From Gnetum montanum (Eukaryota > Plantae > Gnetophyta), in contig MNCI01001832.1 of the NCBI GenBank assembly GCA_015680685.1, positions 67,404-131,403 of the forward strand: DNA of 64,000 nt. Direction: 5' to 3'. Both the position numbers and the translations under genes were made by a program. Below, one piece after another: positions 52,489 through 64,000 of the stretch. The notes beneath the pieces are model-generated. The model was not told the DNA's origin and searched no databases. It saw only the letters and a program-made list of their open reading frames with translations. Each line of letters opens with the position of its first letter. Position 1 is the stretch's first letter.

Positions 52489-55400
52489 ATGTCTTCTTCT
52501 TCTTGTAAGCCTAAAGATACTAAACCATCGATCCCACAAGAATGCAAGGTGGTATACACTCATCCAGATGAGTTTGTGCGAAATTTCACCTTCATCCTAC
52601 ATCAGGATGAATAGATGCAATGGTGTGATATGGTGGGCAACATCATTTTGCCCCTTGATAGATCTATGCCTGGAATACCGTTTAAAATCCTTAAGAAGTT
52701 GGGCATAGTAGATCTTCACGAAGAGTACATTGTGGATGGATATGACACTCGGAACTATTATCCCATTGAAACACAATGTAAATGAGATAAACGTCAGGAG
52801 AGACTCCATGAAGCCACAAAGGGGAAACATTACACTAATCCCTTGTTCCTACTAGATCAAGTGGACAATGAGGATCCTCCCTTAGAAGGTTCTCAACATG
52901 AAGATTCTCCACCCCTCGCTACTAATGGTGAGGGTGTGAACTTGACCTTGTGATCAACTATTCATAAACTAGGTTCAAGAAAGAGTGATAGCCAAGGTAG
53001 GAACTTGGGTGAACATCGAAATAACAAGGAATCTAATGATGGTGATCATAAAAAGTAGAAGAGTGGTGGTGGACATGATGATGGCGGTGGCAGTCCACCT
53101 TCCTCTTCATCTGATTTTGAACATTCCTCTTCATGTGATGGTTCTCATGGAAGTCATCATCAAAACAACTATGATGAAGGTGATCGACAATATAATAATG
53201 ACTGTGAAGGCTGCCAAAATCAAAGGGATGGCCAAAACCATCATCGACTTCATCAACATAGCAATGATGATGAACCTTTACTGGCGAATTAAAATATTCT
53301 TAACATTGCAGAGGCAATGAAAATCCCAACCAAGCATATGAAGGATAGTCAGATTAAGTGCCTAGATATGAACAATATTCCAAGATTTGAAGGGGGATAC
53401 AATTTTGATCCATAAACACATCTACAAGCTTTTCAAGATGCCTGTGTCTTACAGAACATTGAGAATGAGTAGTAGAAACTCAAGATTTTTCCAAGGATAG
53501 TCATTAAGGAAGCTAAAAGTTGGTACTAGTCCTTAGAACTAGAATCTATCCAGAGATGGAGTACCATGTTAGAATTGTTTAATGATAAATATCAAACGTA
53601 CTCTAGAGTGTCTAATCTACGAAGGCAAATCCAAGGCTAGAAACAAGGAACACACGAACCCTTGGATGCTGCCATGGACCGATACTATTCACTTTTACAT
53701 AGGTGCCTTGGCCATGATTACTCTCAATGGGAATAACTTCGCTACATCATAGATGGGCTCAGAGCATAAATAAGAAGAACCCTTAGGGTGTATGCCTAAG
53801 GGAGGTTGTCTAAAATGAGAGCTCATTAGATCTAAAGGCTAATTGAGCAAGTAGCAAAAGAAGAAGGTGAGTTATGAAAAAGGGAGAGTGTTGAAGAGTA
53901 TAATAGGGACTCATCCATCAGAAAATAAGAGGTTTGATTTTGTGATGAGGAGGAGTAACCATTTGATGAAGTGGTAAATAGAAAGACCTTGCCCATCCAA
54001 AAATCTATTTTTGACATTTTAGCCAAGGTTCACAAGTTATGGAACTCTTTGGATAAAATTTTTGAACCACTTTGAAGATTGTTGAAGAATCCAAAGAGCA
54101 AAATAATGATTGTAATTATAGATGGTGAAAAGAAGCTGAATGTGCCTACCAAAGAGGTAAGGGCAAAGTTGCTGCAGTAGAGGAAGTTGTGGAATCTAAC
54201 TCTAATGATGAAATTGAATGTGACATTTGTCAATATGAACATCCAAAGGGATGCTGCTTTGTGGTGTTACACTTAGAAGAGTTTAGAGTGTATGCATTAA
54301 ATCCTCGCCTAGCATATAGAAAAGCTCCAAGATGATTGCCTTACCCTCAAGGTAGCCCAAGGCAATTCCACCACCAACAACAAGTTTACTACCCAAGTGG
54401 AACTCCTCCACAACCTTATGAATAGTACCAACAGTGGTGCCAACCACAATTGTGGGGAATGCCACTGCCAAGATAGCAGTATCCTTATAGGCAACCATAT
54501 CCATACAAGTACTATGTTGAGCAACTCGTCTCCCCTAGAAGTTCATCAAGTCATGCATCATTCCAACATCATTATTACCCTCCAGAGTACCACCAAACAC
54601 ATTCACCATCTACTTGAGGGGAAAACCCATATCCATATCCTTATCATCCTCCACATCCCTTTGCACCTACACCTCCACCTTCAACTTAGTTACCTCCTGC
54701 TCCATCCTTGTAGGGTGAAATTCCTCCACAATTGCAACAATGAAATGCTACAAGGGCTGTACACTCACAACCAATTTTTCAACCAAGTGGTTAGGATAAT
54801 TGATTAAGAAAACAACCTTTCTTCTAGTCCAGTAATCCTTTCCAACACTCACAACCTACTCCAACTGATCACCCTACATCTCCAGTACCCTCATCCTCTA
54901 CATCAAATACCTTTCAGCACCCTTCAAACCAAGTGCTACCTAGGATTTGCACTATAATGCTAAATCATGTTGTTTCTAATTGGATCAAGGCTAGCAATCT
55001 TCTTATAAAAAGATCTGATCCTGTAAGTCCACTCATCTTTCTACAGATTTTTGGAAAAGAGCCATGCAAGGCTCTTCTTGACTTTGATTCTAGAGTTAAC
55101 CTCATCTCCCATGATATGTACAAAGCTTGGAACCTACTACCTCTTAAGAAGAGCAAAATCTGTTTAGAATTAGCAGATCAGTCAATTATTGTTCCCTTGG
55201 GATTAGTAGAGGACATTGTGACCACAGTCTATGGGTGGTCCTATCCTACTAATTTTCTGGTAATCAAGGTGGACAATTACAAAAGTGACTTCCCCATCAT
55301 TATGGGAAGGGCTTGGTTAAGTGCGGTCAATGCACGAATGGGTATAAGGGACCTATCTTTCAAAATATCTAAGGAAAATGACTTAGGAAAAATTAAGAAG

Positions 55401-58400
55401 AAGCGTATTCCATGCATCACATACAACAATAATGGGTGTAATTATGTGCAAAAGATTTCGTCAATCAAAAGCACATACATTAAGGCATGCAATTAGTGTG
55501 CAAAAGAAATTAACATTTAGAGGTGTCTGTATGTAGTAGCCACAAAGTAGGAGGGCACCTAGTGGCTGATAGCTGATTCAGATAGCAGCACAATATGCAT
55601 GGAGCCAACTGAGAGCTTAACTTATGCATATGTAGAAGGGATGGACAAAATTGAATAAGTCCATTCCCAACTCTCTAATGAAAATGATGATAACTATTGG
55701 GGAGAGTTGAAGATCCCAAATAACTTTAAGCAGGAGCCCTCAGAACTAAAAAATTTACTAGTCATATTGGAGTATGCATTTTTAAAGAATGGTAAACTAG
55801 TCATCATTAATGTCAAACTTACTCTTGAACAAAAAGAACGTTATTGAAAGTGGTGAATAAATGGTCAACAACCTTTGCTTGGTCATATCTAGAGCTAACA
55901 GGAATTAATCCAAGGGTATGCTAACATCGCATCTACATTGACCTGACCATGAAACTTAGAAGATAGTTGCAGAGGTGATTAAGTCCCAAATTGAAGTAAA
56001 TCATTAAGGAGGAGATAGAGCAGCTCCTTAAGGTGGGATTTATCTATCCAATCATGGATAGTGAGTGGGTTAGCCCACTCATAATTGTACCAAAAAAGGA
56101 TGGTAAATGGTAGGTTTGCATTGACTTTAGGTTGTTAAATATGGCAACATTTAAGGATCACTTTCCTTTGCCATTTTTGGATCAAGTATTAGGCATCATA
56201 TCCAGGAATTGTTATTATAGTTTCTTTGATGGTTATAATAGCCATAACCAAATCCAAATTATGCTAGAAGACCAAGCCAAGACAACATTCATGAGTCCCT
56301 AGGGGACTTTTACATACTGTAAGATGCCATTTGGCCCATGAAATGCCCCTGCAACATTTCAATGCTTGGTCCTTAGTATCTTTCAACAATAGACCGGTAG
56401 TGGTGTTGAAGTCTTTATGGATGACTTCTCCACCTATGGAGCTACCTTTGAGCAAGCCTTGGACCAACTTGAGCAAGCACTGAAGAGATGTGTTGAGACA
56501 AACCTATGGCTCAACTAGTAAAAGAGCCATCTCATGGTCCAAGAAGGCATTGTGCTAGGGCACCGAATTTTGTAGAAAGGGATTGAGGTAGACCTAGAAA
56601 AGATAAGGGTCATCCAAGGAATAACATGGAAACCAGAGATCATTAAAAATATTTGATCATTCCTTGGACACACTGGTTACTACCGGTGCTTTATTGAAAA
56701 TTTCTCGAAGATTGCAAAGCCATTGGTAGAACTTACAAAGAAAGATGCACCTTTCATTTAGACCAAGGAATGTGAAAATGCATGTCAACAATTAAAAGAG
56801 AAACCCATAGAAACATGAATCCTATAAGCACCAAATTGGTCCAAACCATTTCATATCATGACAGATGCATCTAACTATGCTTTGGGATTAGTACTCATGC
56901 AAATGCATGAGAAGAAACATCCATATTATATCTACTACATGACTCGAAGCATTGTGGGAGCATAGTTAAATTACACCACCATAGAGAAGGAATTAATGAC
57001 AATGGTGTACGTGTTAGAAAAGTTTAGACATTATGTCCTAGGTTACAAAGTATTTGTACAGACCACAATGTAATTCACTTCCTTATGAATAAGTTGACGG
57101 TGAGCCCTTGTGTTATATGGTGGCTTATGATCTTGCAAGAATTTGATCTTACTATGGTAGATCGAAAAGGAACTGAGAATGTGGTCACTGACCATCTTTC
57201 TCACTTAAGATGGGAGAACAAAGATGAGGAGAGCTTGCTCTTTGATCATTTTCTAGAAAAACTCCTCTTTATTGGAGTAATAAATGAACAAATGCTTGAA
57301 AAACCAATATGGTATAATGGCATTCTCACATATCTTCTCACTCAAGAGATGCCACAAGACTTGAATTTTAGGAAAAAGCAACAATTTCTTCATCAGGTCA
57401 AATACTTTATGGAAATTAATGGATACCTTTACAAGGTATGTGCCAATGGCTTGATTTGTTGGTGTGTCCCTGACGAAGATCAACTATGTGTTCTCCAAGG
57501 TGCTCATGAAGGACCTTGTAGAAGTCACCATGTAGGGAGACACATGGGCATAAAAATATTGATGGTAGGATACTATTGGCCCATAATCTTCAGGGATGCC
57601 TACCAGTTTGTCAAGTCATGTGAACATTGTCAATGTGATAGGGGATGATCGCTTGTATGGAAGATCCTCAATAGTGGATTCAACCACTAGAACCTTTCAA
57701 CATATGGGGCATTGACTTCATGGATCCCATCACATCCATGTCTAAAAGGAAAGAATATATTAGAGTAGCAGTTGATTATTACACAAAATGGGCTAAAGTG
57801 GTAGCCGTTATAGATTGCACATCATCCACTACTACCATATTTATACAACAACATATTGTAAATAGGTTTGGGGTGTCGTGTTCACTAATTTCTGATAATG
57901 GGACTCATTTCACAGGTGCGACATTTAGAAAATTAATGCAATGCTTTGGGGTAGAACATAAATTAACAACACCTTACCACCCCTAAGCCAATGATCAAGT
58001 AGAGGTAACCAATTAGAAGATTACAAAAATATTAATGTGAACCATTAGCAAATATAGGAAGGATTGGAGCACAAAACTTAATGATGCTCTCTAGGCTTAC
58101 TAATCAACTTGGAAACTTCTATTGGATATTCTCCCTATGAGTTAGTTTATGGAAAACTTCTAATGCTCCCAATTCAATCTGAGCTTCGTACACTGTCAAC
58201 AACCTATGAACTAAACCTTGACCTAAGTTTAGCACAAAAGGAAAGATTGATCAATCTGAATGTGCTAGAAAAAAATCACTTAGTCTCCCTATCTTTTAAT
58301 GAGGTAAACAAGGCATTTAGTAAGCAATGCCATAGCCTTAGAATTAGGAAAGTAAGGTTTCAACTGGGAGATAAGGTCCTCTACTAGAACCCCATACATG

Positions 58401-58640
58401 TACCTCAAAAGGAAAAATTTCAAACATTGTGGAAGGGACCTTATATAATTGATCAAACCTTTTCCTCTGAGGCCATGATAATTTACAAACCTGATAGCCC
58501 AAATAAAAAGTAGTTGGTCAATATCCAACAAGTTAAACCTTTCTTAGAACCAAGATTGGCTAGTGTAGCTATCACCTCAACTAATGGACACCCATGTTCT
58601 ATTTTTCAGATCTCCTCCTTCCAACTCAGTTGTGGGGGAG
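52489..58640 (+). pseudogene. gag-pol polyprotein remnant
   Basis: gag core ~53330-53900; PR ALLDFDSRVNLI/IIMGRAWL; RT SEWVSP, KDHFPLPF, EVFMDDFS (~56408); RNaseH TDASNYALG, NYTTIEKE; INT HHCC, WGIDFM, SDNGTHF, TTPYHP. Many stops and frameshifts. Confidence 0.92.
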
Positions 58641-60740
58641 ATGGCCATTTGTGCTAACCATTACCATGGCTTCTTAGCTTTTCTACCTTTTGGTTTTTCA
58701 CATTTTTTATTTTACAAATTTTTGATTTTTGAATGTTTATAATTTTATATCATTTTTAGTACCTTTAAAATTTCTTTCTTATTTTACACTTTCTTATATA
58801 TTTTACTGTATTCTTTTTCTTTTGTTTCTTCTGATTAAGTGTGATATTTTCTCATTTTTACTGATAAATCTGCTTTATTGTCATAGGACATAATGCTGTT
58901 GTTACTATTTGCTAATGATGGATTGTGATTGTCGATGTCTGGTTTCTATTTTTGAATTATGATGTCTAATGACTTGACATGGTTTATTTTTCATGGAACA
59001 GGTAGTGAATCCACATCATTTGCCCATCCAATGAGCTTTATGGTTTTCTTTGTTCTAGAAATTTGATATCCCTTTTTCATTAAAGAAACTTTTAATCAAT
59101 TAGTGACCTTGGTAGTTCTGGAATTAGGAAGGATTCAAAGGTTTGTAAAGGGTGTGACTTCAAGGGGACTCAATACTCTTTATACTCTTCTTTTTGCTTA
59201 AGTGCTTGAGTGTTTTTTCATAGACTTCTTATCATTCCATACCACCCAATGATAGAAAGAAAAATAATATCATTGCATGGTGTGGTTCCCATCATTCAAA
59301 AGAAAAAAAAAACAATAATGGAAATTCAAAGCACATCCCTTTGACATGAATAAGTCCTCGCATCGTGTGGTTTCCATTTCAAAAGAAAAAAAACAATGGG
59401 AATTTAAAGCACATCTCTTGGACAAATAAAAGGGCTGCAAGCATTGCTTATGGGACTTGAAAGACATACACCTATGCCTGAAGATCCCCTCTAACTAAGG
59501 CCCTCTCTCTCACACTTCCTACTTCTCTCTCCTCTTTGTGGAATGGTGGTTGTCTTGCAGGGACACTCTTGTGTCTCAAGTGGATGGATTAGTCTTAGAG
59601 TGGTGATGCGAAGTCACTAAAAGTAGATGGCTTTGGTATGGACTAAGGTGGAACTTCTTGGGTCATTTTAATCACAATTCCATAAGGGAATTCTTATGAC
59701 CTCAATTTGGAACTCCATTCCACCTTCTCTATCATCCATCCATGTTGCCATAACTCACCTCACTACTAAGTTCTATGTTATGCTTTGTCTTAGTCTGACG
59801 TATTAGGATTCTTGAGTGGATTCTTTTGGGTTGGTTCTTAACTTGTCATGATCATTAAAATTGACTATGGGGCCCACAGACTCTTTAGTTGAGTTTAAGC
59901 AAGGGCAAAAAGGGCATGAGCTTGCTATGGGGAGGACCCACTTGCATAGCTTTTGGCTTGATTAGTTAAGGTTCCTTACCTTTGACATCGCTACAATCTT
60001 ATATTTCATATTTTCCATTGTGTAAACCACTCAGTACTCCTTAATCTTTCATTACATTCATCCATTAAATTGATTTTTCTCCATTTTTTCAAATTTATGA
60101 ACTTCAACACCCTCTTTTCATGATTTCATACTATTCTTGGTCTTCTAAGCTTTCATTTGATCCCAATTTCATCAACAAAATTCTTGTATTTTGAAAGTTT
60201 GACCAAAGTCAACAATGGTCAACAGCTACGTTGACAAGGCCTCGTCGACAAGGCCTTGTCAACACAGTGCAAAAATACTATATATACCACCAGAAACTTT
60301 GGAATTTTTTACAATTTGCTCATAACACACTGAGAATTGTTGTGATTTTTCAAAGTCCAAAACCTTCCAGAGTCCATAACTTTCAAACCGTTTGTCCAAA
60401 TCACTCCATTTTTCAATCCTGCACTTATTGGAGGTAAGATCTTTATTGTGGGGCCACAAAATTTAAGGTTTCTGATGCAATTTTTGAAATTTTTTTCTAA
60501 TTCTCCCAAGGGTTAATAACCTTAATCATATGTAAACATCAATTTTTTCCAAGTTAACCCTTCCAACAATCTCTAGGATGATTTATCAATGATAAGGCAT
60601 AAATAGAAATAACAATTGAGTTAATTAAATCAGCCATAATCACAACTTAGCCAAGTGTAACTACCCTCAAGAGTTAAGGTATCCTAATTTTTTTAAGGTT
60701 ACAAAATGATTGCTAATCCATGGTTTTATTGTGATTATAG

Positions 60741-63577
60741 ATGGCACCCAAACAAAAATGTCCATAGGAAGGAGAACCCTCACAACCACGGGAGAAGCGA
60801 CCTAGAGCTAGAAGGGGCTAGTAGGAACAAGATCAAGAACAACAAGAGGAAACCCATGCAATGAGACCTATTCGTGAGGAGCTTGATGTGGAATCTATTC
60901 AATAGATTCCAAAAGAAGAAGTGCCTATAGAACAATCCCAATGAGGAGAAGTTCCTAGACCTATGCTAAGGCCTAAGGTCACTCTGACTCAAGCTTGCTT
61001 AGACATCATGAAGTCCTGAGAGATCCAAAGATCAATTCTTCAAGAAATAAACTGCTGGGCATTTTTGGAGAAAGCTCCAAAGGATGTTAGGACATAATTG
61101 CAAGCCTTTCCCATGTGGTTAATCATCATGACTAGTGGGGAGTGGTACATGGAATAGACCTATCTCTTCTGGAATAGTAGAAGGCCAGGGTCTATTATAA
61201 AAATCAAGGACATTCAAGTGTCCTACTCAGTAGAGGCCATTGCATAGGCATTGGGGTTGCCAGTCATTGGAAGATATCAACAAAAGGCGATCCTAAGGCA
61301 AAAAGTGAGTGGACCCAATGATGTTACAGGGTGAATAGTAAGAAGTATAATGCACTCACACCAACGAAGTGAATTTATTTCAAGATTGCATCCTATCACC
61401 TCAATCCAATGATGAGGCCAAGCAAAGTTACTACTTTTTCAACTTGAGCATGCGTCATTCTAAGCGAAGAATTTCCCGTTAACCTTTCATAGTTGATTTA
61501 TTTAGAGATCGAGAAGTGCTTCAAGGAGAATGAATGTGGAAGGAAGACCCTACGCTTTCTGTGCCTTATTAGGAAACTTTGCAAGAGGATAGGTATTTTT
61601 CACTAGTCAAATGACACTCTTAGGCATGTTGCCTTGGCATCATGGGTAGAAATCATGAAAGATAAAATGCCAACAACTATTCAAGAAGAGGAGCCACCGC
61701 CATCACCACCCACTCAAGAGACAACATCGGAGGCCTGCGTAGTCGTTGAGCATGCACGACAAATTTGAGAGTAGCTCTTGAGCAAACAAGAGTAGCAAGC
61801 AGGAATGACTGGGGTGGATCCATTTGTGTATTGACTAGCAATGAGTCACCTTAATGAGGTGGCTCAAATAGTTAGCTAGATGGAGAGGGGTGGTTCGATT
61901 TTCTTTGCCTAAAGAATTCAATTGCCTTTGAGGTTGAATCCCAATGCTCGGGAGGTGACGCTGTCATTAGCAAAAAATCATCTATTCCTAGAAATCTATA
62001 GGAATGTTGCCACTTTCTCGGTGAGGTTGGAGGAAGGTGAAGAGGAAATTGTCTTGGTGATGTAGCACCAAGGGAAAAAGATAATGACAGAAGTGGTAGT
62101 TGACTATGTAGCTAAAGCACTGAATGCACCGACGACATCTATACCAGATGTATCTACACTCCAAGATTTGCAAACGTCTGCAGGCATGGTTAGTGGAAAA
62201 TTGAATGCAACCTAGCATGAACAATTACTGGAACAATTGGTAGGAACCGGACAGCCAACTCTGAATATCTTTGATCTTCTGGAGAACATCATTGCAACCT
62301 AGTGAAAGCTACTGAATGTAAGGGGTAGATGCATCATTTTGGAGGGGCAACTAGAAACATCCTAAGAGCAAAATTAATGCTTGGCCATGGAGCTTGCTAA
62401 ACTTCATGCCCAACTTGTTGAATAAGTAATCCTAAGCTTGGCAATGATAAGAGATGAAGCTATCAAACCGCTTCAAGAATAATTTCAAAAGGCTGAGGAG
62501 GAAGTAGTAATGGCCATCTTCAAACAGTCCATGGTAGAAGCTAAAACACACTTAATTAAAATGGACTTGAATTAGATGCACCAAGGAAATGAAGCATTGA
62601 CCATGGAAAATCATCGCTTGTGAAATGTTGATGCTCAAAGATATCAAATGTAAGAATTCATTCATCAACAACAGGAGTAGCTTACTAGAGTCAACATTGA
62701 ACTAAGGAAATTGACTACAAAGAACTACAATTTGTTAATGGAGGAGGTATGCATCTTGAAATAAAAGTCTGCCATCAAAATCATTGCCTAGAAGAATGAA
62801 GCTCTTAAATTTGAGAGAGTGAAAAATCACTATAGGAACTAGGTTGGCTTGTAAAAGGAAATTAATGAAAAAGAAATCCAGATGGCAAAGGCTAAAGTAA
62901 ATGAAGCCTTCTAGCAACTTTAGTAAGGAAGAGAGATGTGGTAGCCCATCTTTGATGGGATTGATGCCTACAATAAAGTAGAGATCTAGTTGAATGAGGT
63001 GCAGATCAAAGAAATGATAGAGTATATGGAGTTGGTCAATCTCTATTATGCAAACTTAGCAATGCTAACAGTTGGATGGCTATGGTTAAAATTAGAGAAA
63101 TAAGTGGCTAGCTTGTATTTGCTATACGAGGCTGAGTTCAAACACCACAAGGACTCTAAGAAAAAGCTTGAGATTACTAATGCTAAACTTGAAGTCCTTA
63201 AAGGATGATTCCTAGATTAATGATCCATTGTTGAGGACCTAGCCAAATGGATGAATGACTATCAGGAGCTAAAGAACATAGTGTGAGGGTTCAACATTGA
63301 ACACAAATAGTTTGCTACCTAATTTATCAATGTCAAGGAGTTGTTTTGAGCAATCCCATATCCTTGGGATGTTCCCATTCCAACCTACATTGGGGAAGCT
63401 GCGTGGACAGTGTATGATCCTATGAGTAAGGAGAAAAAAATGAAAGCATTACTAGATGTTTTTCACCTCCCACCTGAAGTTGCAGCAACAGCAAGACAAC
63501 CATAGCCACCTTAACCACTGCCAAATGCATGAAGTTATTGAAGGTCGCTCGGAGCCTCAGGAACCACCATTACCTAG
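60741..63577 (+). pseudogene. Athila accessory (ORF2/env-like) gene, disrupted
   Basis: ttatag|ATG GCA CCC AAA (MAPKQK...REKRPRARRG), with a long coiled-coil-like C-terminal half. Homologous to 24990-27752. Confidence 0.7.
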
Positions 63578-64000
63578 GATCATTTGATCTTCTCCAACAA
63601 GCTTCACATCATCAATGAATGTGTTGTCTAATTTTTGAAGAGTCGTGTCATGTGTTCAAGTTTGTGTCCTGAACACCACTATTTTTTGTAATGTGTTGAT
63701 CTATACACCCGGGCACTCCATTTTTTGCCAAGTTAGTCAAGTTTATTATGTTGAAGCAAAAAAAATTCAATCAATAATTCCATACCTTCCCAATTTTGTA
63801 AAAGAACTCAAGGACTAGTTTTCATTTAGTTGTGGGGGTATGATGAGTAATTGTTGGTTGGCAACATCAATGAGGCCTCGTTGATTTAGTGTCTGTTAAT
63901 TGCCTATAAATACGTGACTACCAATCGCATTTATGGAGAGTCCAAATTTTAGTAGAAGCAAAGCTCTTGTATTTTTTCCATTTGAAAGTTAGATTTTTTT

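Larger units (their letters stand above)
51440..64000 (+). mobile_element. Near-complete Athila-type Ty3/gypsy element (degenerate), 3' LTR runs off window
   Basis: 5' LTR 51440-52334; PBS tggcaccattgttgggga at 52336-52353; gag-PR-RT-RH-INT; internal PPT at ~58628-58640; accessory ORF; PPT agttgtgggggta at 63828-63840. The 3' LTR from 63841 matches the 5' LTR (cctataaatac...catttatggagagtccaaattttagtag). Confidence 0.92.

Overview
Eukaryotic, almost certainly land-plant (large-genome) DNA. One intact host gene lies in a CpG-rich island at about 39-45.6 kb: a 3-exon, 474-aa GAT2-like amino-acid/GABA transporter on the minus strand (43314-40503). It is embedded in nested, CpG/CHG-decayed LTR retrotransposons. 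These are a ~17-kb Tat-type Ty3/gypsy element (1152-24453, TSD ATATG) carrying a nested pol-less Sirevirus-like copia (3828-10150, TSD ATAGC), and several Athila-type elements (TGATGA..TCATCA LTRs, tRNA-Asp PBS), including a young solo LTR (28528-29568, TSD GTGAT) and a near-complete element from 51440 to the window end. Three observations stand out. (1) Athila LTR U5 regions carry tandem, strand-specific, covarying RNA hairpin modules with invariant bulges and YNMG tetraloops. (2) In all three retrotransposon lineages, a family-specific CpG palindrome is clustered both in the LTR and just upstream of an accessory (non-gag/pol) ORF; in the Tat element it forms a strict ~192-bp periodic array. 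(3) The Tat accessory gene is antisense, spliced, and sits between protease and RT. All calls were made by eye; functions are hypotheses.
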